Notes: generated from the sequence alone by a model not told the origin. A stretch of DNA of 64,000 bases from Candidatus Saccharimonadales bacterium (GCA_035710125.1 DASTDY010000063.1:22446-86445); one strand, 5' to 3'; shown: positions 28,681 to 36,622, counted from the first letter of the stretch. A program made the numbers and translations.

Positions 28681-29079
28681 TGTGCTCGTTGGTGTAGTTG
28701 GCGTTGGGGCGCTCGAATTAATCCCAAAACCAGCCCCGAGCAGTCCTAACGCTAAAATGGTGTGCAGCCAGTTGTCGGCAGGGTTTACTGCAAACAAGCC
28801 AAGCACTGAGTCGCCCTGCACAAAGCCAATTAGCGCTACAAGTGCATAGACTAGCCCAAAAATTTGTAGGTACCATTTTGCATAACGTTCTGAACTTGCC
28901 GCAAGCAACGCCGCTACACCGCTGGCTATATGTATGGCGTTATGAGTGCCGTCTACCATAAATAACCCGAGCAGCAATTGCATGCCGTCAGCAGTAGTGG
29001 TGGTTGCGCCTGGTATAAGCCCAAGAATGCCAATCAAAAGGAATATCACACCGAACATAAAAGCAATCTTTTTTATCAT
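28672..29079 (-). CDS. DUF4383-like membrane protein
   Basis: 135 aa, four TM helices, N-terminus MIKKIAFMFGVIFLLIGILGLIPG. Its 3' end overlaps the helicase 3' end by 9 nt (convergent). Confidence 0.55.
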   Translation of the reverse strand: MIKKIAFMFGVIFLLIGILGLIPGATTTTADGMQLLLGLFMVDGTHNAIHIASGVAALLAASSERYAKWYLQIFGLVYALVALIGFVQGDSVLGLFAVNPADNWLHTILALGLLGAGFGINSSAPTPTTPTSTLK

Positions 29080-29288
29080 ATAGGTCCCCTTTTATTACAT
29101 TTTTACTATACGCCCTGATGATTGCACTAATCAATGCTTGACTGAATAAAGTTAATTTTGTAATAATGCTTATGTTAAGTTTATTTTTATTAAGCAATAG
29201 AGTATTCCTGCAAAAATATTTGCAGTTTTTCCCTGCGGCTTAATGCCGTGGGTAAAACGAACCGACTAGATACCCCAGGAGGGGTTGC

Positions 29289-29978
29289 ATGAGGCTCGGA
29301 AAGCGTTCACTCCAGCTCGCGCTTGCGGCGCTGGCAGTTACGACGATGTTCGGAGCAAGCGCAGCCAGCGCTGCCGACACCGAAGACAACGCGCAGAGCA
29401 AGCCCAGCGGTGTTGCCGCTGCGGCGGTCGCGCCCAACCAGTGCCTGCGCGATGGGCAGGTGGGTGCTGGTGACTCCCGTGTGAGCCTCACCAGCAACGT
29501 GCCTTACCTGCTGCCCAACGCGGCCGGCTGGCAGACGCTGAAGTGCACTACCACGTTCTTCACGGTGCCCAGAGGGCAGCGTGCCGGCGTGGATCTGGGT
29601 CTGTCTGGCGAGTTCGACGCCAGCGGACCGGCCTCCAACACGGGCTGGGTGCAGGGCAGGGTCGTGGTCACGCCGGCTTCCGCGGCCAGCGCGGTGGCGG
29701 CAGTGCTCCCCGACAACGATGGCCGTGGGGACTCGTTCGCGCTCGACGCGTCCAAAAGCGGACTCAACGACTGGTCGGCGCACGTCCTGCGCCAGAGCAC
29801 GGTGGTCACCTGCAGTCAGAGCAGCACCACCAACGCGCCGTGCGTGTTCAGGGTGTACGCCCAGGCCCAGCTGACGGCGGGTGCGAACTACCTGTGGTAC
29901 GACGACACCACGCTCACCGTCAACGCCTACAACAGCACCCAGCACGGCGCTCCCACGCGGGTTGCGGTCGCGCCGTAG
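29289..29978 (+). CDS. GC-rich secreted hypothetical protein (229 aa), foreign-looking
   Basis: AGGAGG (29277-29282) lies 6 nt before the ATG. Signal peptide MRLGKRSLQLALAALAVTTMFGASAASA. GC3-biased codons. Four other ORFs overlap it in the track. Confidence 0.7.
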   Translation: MRLGKRSLQLALAALAVTTMFGASAASAADTEDNAQSKPSGVAAAAVAPNQCLRDGQVGAGDSRVSLTSNVPYLLPNAAGWQTLKCTTTFFTVPRGQRAGVDLGLSGEFDASGPASNTGWVQGRVVVTPASAASAVAAVLPDNDGRGDSFALDASKSGLNDWSAHVLRQSTVVTCSQSSTTNAPCVFRVYAQAQLTAGANYLWYDDTTLTVNAYNSTQHGAPTRVAVAP

Positions 29979-30019
29979 TGCTAGGCTGACCTCGAGTATC
30001 GGTCTCTAGGCGGCGTAAA

Positions 30020-30061
30020 GTGCTTCGCGGTGTTTGCTTTTTTGCAGACACCGCGAAGCAC
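30020..30061. terminator. 14-bp perfect stem-loop between convergent genes
   Basis: gtgcttcgcggtgt-(14 nt loop containing T6)-acaccgcgaagcac. No U-tail after the stem. Confidence 0.6.
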
Positions 30062-30075
30062 CGCAGTATCTAAAA

Positions 30076-30612
30076 TTATTTATACGAGGGTAAGAGCAAA
30101 TTTACCTGTACTAATGTATGCTGGTCGTCGACAGTGACTGACTGGCCACAGACATTTTTTGGTGCGTGCTCGGTGTCGTTATATAAAGCAAAAGAGAGTT
30201 TTGCCTTGCCTGGTGTAAGGTCTGTATATGAGCTGTCTTTATCTGCAAAGTACCAGTACTGTATGTAGGCGTCATCTACCTCTACAAGACCACGCTTAGC
30301 AGTGCTGGCCTGTGTAAGGGTAAACTGGCTTTGTTGCGAAGCCTTACGCACTAAAACTTCGGTTTCGTTTTGTGGTTTCTGGACAGTGTAATACGCGCCA
30401 TACCAAGGCTCCTTGTTGTCAGGGCCTTTACCTGAGCTGCCCGATTCGCAAAGTTTTTTGGCGCCTTCCGCTAGCAGGGTAGCCTCTATGGGTTGGATTG
30501 TCTCTTTGGCATAATCACGACCCAGGTATGTGGCGGCAGAGGCTAAAGCGGCAATGAGTAAACAAGCTATAAAAAATAGAGCAGTTTTTTTAGTGGTAAA
30601 ATCTTTTTTCAT
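30076..30612 (-). CDS. Membrane-anchored ectoprotein, paralog 1 of a tandem family
   Basis: 178 aa, N-terminal TM. Shares DYAKE...P-E..L...A.K.C...PWY...GK..L...C...LP.YK with the two upstream ORFs. Confidence 0.65.
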   Translation of the reverse strand: MKKDFTTKKTALFFIACLLIAALASAATYLGRDYAKETIQPIEATLLAEGAKKLCESGSSGKGPDNKEPWYGAYYTVQKPQNETEVLVRKASQQSQFTLTQASTAKRGLVEVDDAYIQYWYFADKDSSYTDLTPGKAKLSFALYNDTEHAPKNVCGQSVTVDDQHTLVQVNLLLPSYK

Positions 30613-30682
30613 ACATTCCTAAATTAGCTGGGTCCAGTATACAATTGCATGCCCAAAGGCTGTAGATAGGTTTTGTAATAAT

Positions 30683-31248
30683 CTACTTGTATTCTGGAAG
30701 GTTTAGGTTAATCCAAATCGTGGTTTTATTAGCCGGAGGGTTTGGATCAGTAATAACAGTGCACGGATTAACGCCTTTACCGTTATAAGTTTTGCCTTCA
30801 GGGACATTAATAAGTAATATGATTTTGCCTGCTTCTAGGTCGGGGTAAGGACTATCTTTAGTTTTGTCTACAAGGAGTAGGTCTGGGTTATTTCTATTTG
30901 AGGTATCAATCTGCAGAGAGAAACCGCTTTCTTGGGCCGTACTCTTTACCAAGTCTACCGCTTGTTCTTTATTGCCAGGTATATCAAAAATGGCTGAATA
31001 ACTTGGTATTCTACTATCGCCAGGAGTACGCCCCGAATGGTTTCGTGCACACTGTTTAATAGCCGCCTTAGCTACCAAAGCTTTCTCAAAAGGGGCAGCT
31101 GTTTCCTCGGCGTAGTTTCTTAAAAAGCAAGCCAGAATACAGACCACACTAAGAGTATTACTAGTAAGAGGGCGAGTATGCTGCCGAAAATGTTTCTTGC
31201 GCGTCCATTGTGGGATGGCAAAGTGATCCCTTTGAATATGCCCTGCAT
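30683..31248 (-). pseudogene. Paralog 2 of the tandem family, split by a frame change at a T5 run
   Basis: ATG at 31248 opens a 42-aa ORF encoding the missing TM anchor (MQGIFKGITLPSHNGRARNIFGSILALLLVILLVWSVFWLAF), which stops at TAA 31122-31120. The remainder (LRNYAEE...) continues in the -1 frame. One extra T would fuse the two parts. Confidence 0.65.
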
Positions 31249-31252
31249 TCAA

Positions 31253-31777
31253 CTATCGCCCCCTTGTGGGCAGGCTAATACTCAAAGATAGTGCTGTTTT
31301 TGTACTGTCACCTTGTAATTTTGTGCCATCAAAACAGTCGAGGGGTTTATCCTGTGTATCATTATAGGTATTAATATTTAGTCTAATTTTACCTCCTTCA
31401 AGGTCCTGATAGGGATTTGGCTTACTTTCTTGATCGGTAAACCATTCGATAGACTCATACGGCGAATCGCTATGTGTAAGCCTAAAACCATTGTTTTCTG
31501 CCACCTTATTTATTAGGGCGACAGCCTCACCTTTGTTTATGCTGAGTTGAAAGCGCGCCTCATACCAAGGCTCTGAGCTGTCAGGGCTCCTACCTGCATC
31601 TCCGCGTGCGCATTTTTTGATAGCACCGTTTGCAATAAGGGTTTTTTCTAAAGGTAGAGCAAGCTCCTCGGCATAGTTGCGATTAAAATGTAGCCAAAGT
31701 AGCGCAGAAGTGGCTAACGAGATGGTTACCGCGAGAAGAATAGTAAGCTTTGTTTTGAGGGAAGGCTGCATTTTCAT
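31253..31777 (-). CDS. Membrane-anchored ectoprotein, paralog 3 of the tandem family
   Basis: 174 aa, N-terminal TM LTILLAVTISLATSALLWL, then RNYAEELALPLEKTLIANGAIKKCARG...EPWY. Confidence 0.65.
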   Translation of the reverse strand: MKMQPSLKTKLTILLAVTISLATSALLWLHFNRNYAEELALPLEKTLIANGAIKKCARGDAGRSPDSSEPWYEARFQLSINKGEAVALINKVAENNGFRLTHSDSPYESIEWFTDQESKPNPYQDLEGGKIRLNINTYNDTQDKPLDCFDGTKLQGDSTKTALSLSISLPTRGR

Positions 31778-31865
31778 AGGTTTTCTCTTTAATAGATTTA
31801 GTATAAGACATGTTCCCTCAATTAGTTGACTTTATCCTAGACTAATACCTATAAATGCTACACAC

Positions 31866-31898
31866 AAAAACAGACGCTAAAAACTGGCGTCTGTTTTT
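31866..31898. terminator. Stem-loop with flanking A5/T5 runs at the left edge of a GC-rich fragment
   Basis: aaaaacagacgc-taaaaactg-gcgtctgttttt. Confidence 0.4.
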
Positions 31899-31908
31899 GT
31901 AATAACCT

Positions 31909-32205
31909 TTGGTGGAGCTTGCCCGCCGCTACTCGAACCGTCCCGAACTCCTGAACCCACTGGTCAAGGTTATGGCGATGATCGCCGCCGAACCATCTGA
32001 CCCGCCCGAACCTGACCGTCTGTCGGTCCAAGGCCGTGAAGTCGCTCCGTGGAAGATCACCGATCGTTTCCCGTCGAACGACCTTGACGCCCTGGTTGCG
32101 GCCTATCAGTCAGGCGCTACATCTGCCGCACTGGCCGAGCAGTATGGCATGGGTGTGACGAGTGTGAAGCGTCTGCTGCGTAAGCGAGGGGTGCGCAAGC
32201 GCTAG
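31909..32205 (+). pseudogene. GC-rich gene fragment encoding a C-terminal HTH (resolvase/sigma70-region-4-like)
   Basis: The ORF opens with TTG exactly where GC content jumps. C-terminus LVAAYQSGATSAALAEQYGMGVTSVKRLLRKRGVRKR is a typical HTH. No SD or N-terminal catalytic domain. Confidence 0.45.
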
Positions 32206-32420
32206 AGGAATCCTTCATTGGTCTGATCCTTAAAGTCATAGCCGAAAGAAACTTTAATGCGGAGTTAAATAATAAGAAAGAACAAAAGTTCTTAAAGCTT
32301 ATGTTAATCTCTGAATAATCATCACTAGTAATGTTGTAGTTTTTTGCTAACTCTGGCAATCTTAGAACTTATTGCCTATAATTAGGCTATTCAGAATACT
32401 CGACATCACAAGGAGGTGAA

Positions 32421-33245
32421 ATGGACAAAATCGCTAAAGACAAGCAGGTAACCAAAGAGAGGGGAGCTAGTTTCCCTCATCTCTCGCTACCTGAGGCAGT
32501 AAAGATAATCAGAGATGCGGGCAGCTACGGCAAACGGCATTCGCTTTCTGCGCTGGCTACCTATGCAGGTCACAGCAGTTATACCAGCGGCCCCTTCAAA
32601 CAGAAGTTGGCAGCATTGCGCGAGTGGGGTTTTATTACAACAAATAACGGCAATGCCCAACTTACCGACGCAGCTATGACGCTCGTCTATCCAACAGATG
32701 CACAGAAACCAAAAGATGCGCTCAGGGCAGCTTTTCAGAGCTGTGGTCTCTTCTGGAAGATATATGAGGACTCGGCTAAGGGCATTCCCCTTAAACCAGA
32801 ACTGCTGGCAAACAGTGCCGTCAGCACACACAGGATTGGCGTGTCCGCCAAAACACGTTTCCTAAAATCGTTTGTAGAGAGCGCCGAAGCTGTGGAGCTA
32901 GCACAGCGCCTACCAAGCGGTGAGGTCAAATTTATTGAACTATCAAACAGTCCTGTCGAGCTAGACGGTCCTATTGAAGTCGAAGAAGACAAAAACGACG
33001 AACTACATGTAGTCGTCACCGGTGTCAAGCAGGATCAGCTCCGACCCGTTGTAAATCAAATTTGGACCGACGGAAATAGTGAAATCTCTTTGGTTATAAA
33101 ATCCAGCCGACCTCTTGAAGCCGGATCTTTTGAGAGTATTGGTAGTATCGTAACTCAAATCGAAATGCTTTGGACGAAGCTAGGACAGGATGTCCAGCCG
33201 CCTGACAGAAACCACGAATCTGAAATTAGCAGCGGTACAGCTTAG
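32421..33245 (+). CDS. Hypothetical protein (274 aa)
   Basis: AAGGAGGTG SD 3 nt before the ATG. Helical N-terminal half, acidic C-terminal half. No family recognised. Confidence 0.6.
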   Translation: MDKIAKDKQVTKERGASFPHLSLPEAVKIIRDAGSYGKRHSLSALATYAGHSSYTSGPFKQKLAALREWGFITTNNGNAQLTDAAMTLVYPTDAQKPKDALRAAFQSCGLFWKIYEDSAKGIPLKPELLANSAVSTHRIGVSAKTRFLKSFVESAEAVELAQRLPSGEVKFIELSNSPVELDGPIEVEEDKNDELHVVVTGVKQDQLRPVVNQIWTDGNSEISLVIKSSRPLEAGSFESIGSIVTQIEMLWTKLGQDVQPPDRNHESEISSGTA

Positions 33246-33270
33246 GATAAGGAGTGGTGGAGTACATGCC

Positions 33271-33474
33271 ATGTTCAGTTTAGCGGGAGCTGGTGAAATT
33301 CTGTTCTGCGTGACTATTGTGCTAGCCATTACTTACCTAGCGGGCGTAAGTGTTGCATTATTTCATCCAGACCCGAAGCGGCGATCGAGTGCTATAGCTA
33401 CTCTTAAAATGCATCGGTTTACCCGAAAGGCCGCACAACGTCGCTGGTTGGATAATTGGCGACCCAAGCATTAA
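33271..33474 (+). CDS. Candidate small single-TM protein (67 aa)
   Basis: ATG at 33271 inside track ORF 33190-33474. TM EILFCVTIVLAITYLAGVSVALF. AAGGAG lies ~20 nt upstream. Confidence 0.35.
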   Translation: MFSLAGAGEILFCVTIVLAITYLAGVSVALFHPDPKRRSSAIATLKMHRFTRKAAQRRWLDNWRPKH

Positions 33475-33482
33475 GCTGTCTT

Positions 33483-33686
33483 CTATTCGCTCTCTTTGCT
33501 CATAAGGCCAATCTCCCGTGCGAGCATTACGACCACCTCAGCCATGCCTCGCGCATCAAGTTCCGCCCGCTGCTCCCCACTAACCTTCACTTCGGCGAGC
33601 TGCTTTTTTCCATTCACATAGCGCAGCCTGGTGGCTGGCAATTCAGATTGCGTACCGCTTGTGGGCGTTTTTTGGGTGTCGGGCAT
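33483..33686 (-). CDS. Candidate small hypothetical protein (67 aa)
   Basis: Track ORF convergent with the previous gene. No family recognised. Confidence 0.3.
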   Translation of the reverse strand: MPDTQKTPTSGTQSELPATRLRYVNGKKQLAEVKVSGEQRAELDARGMAEVVVMLAREIGLMSKESE

Positions 33687-33814
33687 AGATGACTATATTT
33701 TACCCCCCCCGAGATTTTGCAATGCCTGCGCCTGCCAGGTGGTTCGAGTAAAAACTACAAGGTAGCCACTCTGGTCACTACTCGAAATACGGTGGTGGCA
33801 ATTGCCCCGAAACT

Positions 33815-33853
33815 AAAGAACGGTTCGAGCCATACGACATCGAACCGTTCTTT
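33815..33853. other. 14-bp perfect stem-loop adjacent to the tRNA 3' end
   Basis: aaagaacggttcga-(11 nt)-tcgaaccgttcttt, 32 nt from the tRNA 3' end. Confidence 0.5.
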
Positions 33854-33884
33854 ACAGATGTGAAAATGAAAATCATTATAATTT

Positions 33885-33960
33885 TGGTGGGGCCAGCTGG
33901 ACTTGAACCAGCGACCAATCGGTTATGAGCCGACTGCTCTAACCACTGAGCTATGGCCCC
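33885..33960 (-). tRNA. tRNA with CAU anticodon, probably tRNA-Ile2 (lysidine type); elongator Met is the alternative
   Basis: 76-nt cloverleaf GGGGCCA-TA-GCTC-AGTGGTTA-GAGC-A-GTCGG-CTCATAA-CCGAT-TGGTC-GCTGG-TTCAAGT-CCAGC-TGGCCCC-A-CCA. From memory the arms closely resemble E. coli ileX. Confidence 0.95.
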
Positions 33961-34012
33961 AGCAATTCTGAAAAGAGTATACCAGATAACGCACCAAAAA
34001 AGCGACTAGTAG

Positions 34013-34042
34013 TTGCCGCATAGGTGTCACACGCATTATAAT
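34013..34042 (+). promoter_or_regulatory. Candidate promoter giving a leaderless trehalase mRNA
   Basis: TTGCCG (34013-34018), 18 nt spacer, TATAAT (34037-34042). The ATG at 34051 is 8 nt past the -10 box with no SD. Confidence 0.4.
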
Positions 34043-34050
34043 CTGTACAG

Positions 34051-35607
34051 ATGCAAAATATAAAAAAAGAACTCACTAAAAAGTTGCAGCGGGCGCAGAT
34101 TAACCTGACGCCTGTTAAAGATTCGCCAGACGAAATGCTTGGCGAGCTGCTGCAAGATGTGCAGTTTAGGCGGATTTTCCCAGACGGCATAACATTCGTA
34201 GACATGGTGCCAGCCAAAAATTTGCGTAAGGTGCTGCGGGCGTACCACAAGCACCGCCAGGACCCCACTTTTGATCTGGCAGATTTTGTGCAATCCAATT
34301 TTATGGCGTACATGACCGGCAAGGTTAATTACACTACTAACCCTAACCATACGGTAGAGCAACACATACAAGAATTATGGGATGTGCTCACGCGTGATGT
34401 ACCAAAAAACAAGGGGTCGCTCATTGGCCTTCCATACCCGTATGTTGTGGCGGGCGGCCGGTTTATTGCCCAATTTTATTGGGACAGTTATTTTACCATG
34501 CAGGGTTTGGCGGCGAGTGGCCGCTGGGACATGATAGAGAACATGGTCAAGAATAGCGCGTTTATGATCCGCAAATTTGGCTATATCCCTAATGGCAACC
34601 GCACCTATTTTACCCGTTCACAGCCACCGGTATTTGCACTTATGGTCCGTTTGCTTGCGCAAAAAAAACCTAGGGCGTTAATTAAATACCTGCCGCACTT
34701 AACTGCCGAATACGCATTTTGGATGAAAGGCGCCCGCCAGGTTACCCCCGATAAGCCTGCACACCGTCGTGTAGTTTTAATGCCGAACGGGGCAATTCTA
34801 AACCGCTATTTCGATTCCAAAACTACCCCCCGCCCCGAGAGTTTTAAAGAAGACGTAGACACGGCGCTGGGTGCTCCCAACCGCACCGCCAGCCGCGTGT
34901 ACTTAGATTTACGCGCCGGTGCTGAATCTGGCTGGGACTTTAGCTCGCGTTGGCTTAAAGACCCTATGGACTTATCTACCATCCACACCACAGATATTAT
35001 CCCTGTCGACCTTAACTGCCTGCTGGCTGAACTAGAAGAAACCATCGCCGATGCCTGCCTTGCGCTCAAACAGCATCGCGTGGCTGGGTCGTACCGTCGT
35101 TTGGCCGAGCAGCGCAGGCAGGCAATCAGCACCTACTGTTGGGACGATGCCCAAGGTTTTTTTGTAGATTACGACTTTGTTGCCCAAAAGCAAACCGGCC
35201 ACATTACAGGCGCCGCAGCATTCGCACTTTTTACAGGAGTAGCCACCCAAGACCAGGCCGACCGAATGGCCGTGGTAATAAAAGACAAACTGCTCCAACC
35301 AGGTGGTTTAGTGGCAAGTCTACAACAAACCGGCCAGCAGTGGGACTGGCCAAACGGCTGGGCTCCGCTGCAGTGGGTAGCAATTAAAGGGCTGCGTGCA
35401 TACGGCCATGCAGATTTAGCAGACACTATAAAACAACGCTGGATTGATTGTAACCTTAAAACCTACACTGCCGAAGGCAAGCTAGTAGAAAAATATAATG
35501 TGGTTAACCCTGGCGATCCTGCAGGCGGCGGTGAATATTTATTGCAAGATGGCTTTGGGTGGACCAACGGCGTACTCTTGGCGCTACTAAAAGAAAATGA
35601 CCATTAA
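34051..35607 (+). CDS. Alpha,alpha-trehalase (GH37)
   Basis: GH37 signatures VAGGRFIAQFYWDSYF, QPPVFALMV, DLRAGAESGWDFSSRW. No signal peptide, so a cytoplasmic type. Confidence 0.9.
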   Translation: MQNIKKELTKKLQRAQINLTPVKDSPDEMLGELLQDVQFRRIFPDGITFVDMVPAKNLRKVLRAYHKHRQDPTFDLADFVQSNFMAYMTGKVNYTTNPNHTVEQHIQELWDVLTRDVPKNKGSLIGLPYPYVVAGGRFIAQFYWDSYFTMQGLAASGRWDMIENMVKNSAFMIRKFGYIPNGNRTYFTRSQPPVFALMVRLLAQKKPRALIKYLPHLTAEYAFWMKGARQVTPDKPAHRRVVLMPNGAILNRYFDSKTTPRPESFKEDVDTALGAPNRTASRVYLDLRAGAESGWDFSSRWLKDPMDLSTIHTTDIIPVDLNCLLAELEETIADACLALKQHRVAGSYRRLAEQRRQAISTYCWDDAQGFFVDYDFVAQKQTGHITGAAAFALFTGVATQDQADRMAVVIKDKLLQPGGLVASLQQTGQQWDWPNGWAPLQWVAIKGLRAYGHADLADTIKQRWIDCNLKTYTAEGKLVEKYNVVNPGDPAGGGEYLLQDGFGWTNGVLLALLKENDH

Positions 35608-36010
35608 AGACCTGCTGACTTTATTACGACGCCACGCCACTTTGAATAATGGTGTGTTAGCCGTGGCATTATTGATTGGCCTTAGTTTGGCCTGGAACAC
35701 AGCCGAGGCGATCCAACGGAATTTTAGGTACCAACAGCAGGCCGATGCGCTCAGCCAATATATTGCTGTCCAAGAGCTAGAAAACAAAAGCTTGGCTTTG
35801 CAAAATAAGTATTACCAGAGTCCGGAGTATATGGAGCTAAGCGCCCGTGAGCGGCTTGGCAAGGCTGCGCCTGGCGAAAGCGTAATAAACTTACCCCCAA
35901 ACACAGTAAAACCGGCGCCAGAAACCGAGCTACAAACCCAAGAAACGCCAATTACCGCCCGTAGCAATTTTGCGCAGTGGATGTTCTTTTTGTTTGGTAA
36001 AAAAGACTAG
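35597..36010 (+). CDS. Septum formation initiator (FtsB/DivIC-like)
   Basis: N-terminal TM, coiled coil, conserved tail SPEYMELSARERLGKAAPGE. Overlaps the trehalase 3' end by 11 nt. Confidence 0.7.
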   Translation: MTIKDLLTLLRRHATLNNGVLAVALLIGLSLAWNTAEAIQRNFRYQQQADALSQYIAVQELENKSLALQNKYYQSPEYMELSARERLGKAAPGESVINLPPNTVKPAPETELQTQETPITARSNFAQWMFFLFGKKD

Positions 36011-36029
36011 TGATTATTGGTAGTATAAG

Positions 36030-36057
36030 TTGACTTTTTGTATAAAAGTGCTATAAT
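36030..36057 (+). promoter_or_regulatory. Near-consensus sigma70 promoter in AT-rich DNA driving a GC-rich foreign-looking ORF
   Basis: TTGACT (36030-36035), 16 nt spacer, TATAAT (36052-36057). Confidence 0.55.
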
Positions 36058-36097
36058 ATAGGTATAAACTCTGCCGTACTAGAGAGAGTGATAGCAC

Positions 36098-36622
36098 ATG
36101 TTGGCTGTAACGGGTGGTCTTTCTGCCAAAGAAGAGACCCAGTTGCTCAACTTGTTGAGCAAGGTCTGCCAGCCCTTCAGCGCGTCGTTTTTCGAGGCGC
36201 TGACCGATCTGCTGCCGGTGATTCCCTTTGAGGCCGTGATTCTGCGCGAGCACATGGGTCGGCGCCAGATCTGCTTGGTGTGGCGCGGTCACGAGGACGG
36301 CAATGCCGAGAAGTGGCCCGACTGTTGGACCATTCCCGGCACCGTTCTGCGTGTCACCGACGAGTCGCTCAACGCGGCTATGGTGCGCTTGGCCAACAAG
36401 GAGCTTGGAGTCCAGGCGTTCGCCAGCTGGCGTACCGTCGGCATGCGGCTGCTGCACGGCAAGCACGAGCACGGGCGTGCGCAGACACTCCAGATGGTCA
36501 ACCTCGCGACCCTGTCCGACGGACAGTCCACCAAGGGGGAGTGGTTCTACCTCGACGAGCTGCCCCCGGAGTTCCTGGTGGCCCAACAATCCCTGATCGA
36601 CTTCGCCTTAGCCAACGAGTAG
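36098..36622 (+). CDS. GC-rich Nudix-fold-like protein with degenerate Nudix box
   Basis: 174 aa. The segment E-SLNAAMV-RLANKELGV fits E-x7-R-E-U-x-E-E-x-G-U only partly (REUxEE becomes RLANKE). A + strand terminator follows. Six other ORFs overlap it in the track. Confidence 0.5.
   Translation: MLAVTGGLSAKEETQLLNLLSKVCQPFSASFFEALTDLLPVIPFEAVILREHMGRRQICLVWRGHEDGNAEKWPDCWTIPGTVLRVTDESLNAAMVRLANKELGVQAFASWRTVGMRLLHGKHEHGRAQTLQMVNLATLSDGQSTKGEWFYLDELPPEFLVAQQSLIDFALANE

Larger units (their letters stand above)
29230..33884. other. Composite accessory region abutting the 3' end of a CAU-anticodon tRNA
   Basis: Contains two GC-rich patches, a triplicated ectoprotein family, a truncated HTH fragment and three orphan ORFs. 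No integrase recognised. Confidence 0.4.

Noticed and set aside
29307-29945. 212-aa minus-strand ORF and three further overlapping ORFs (29504-29809, 29543-29989, 29581-29874) inside GC-rich patch 1
   Set aside because: Long spurious ORFs are expected in GC-rich DNA. Only the + strand ORF 29289-29978 has an AGGAGG SD, a signal peptide and a downstream hairpin. The alternatives are Arg/Gly/Pro-rich low-complexity translations.
31906-31950. tggtggagcttgcccgccgctactcgaacc looked like the reverse complement of a tRNA 3' end, which would be a possible att repeat for the tRNA at 33885
   Set aside because: Apart from TGGTGG and a tcgaacc string, the spacing does not fit acceptor (7), T-stem (5) and T-loop (7). 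It also does not align with tggtggggccagctggacttgaacc of the real tRNA.
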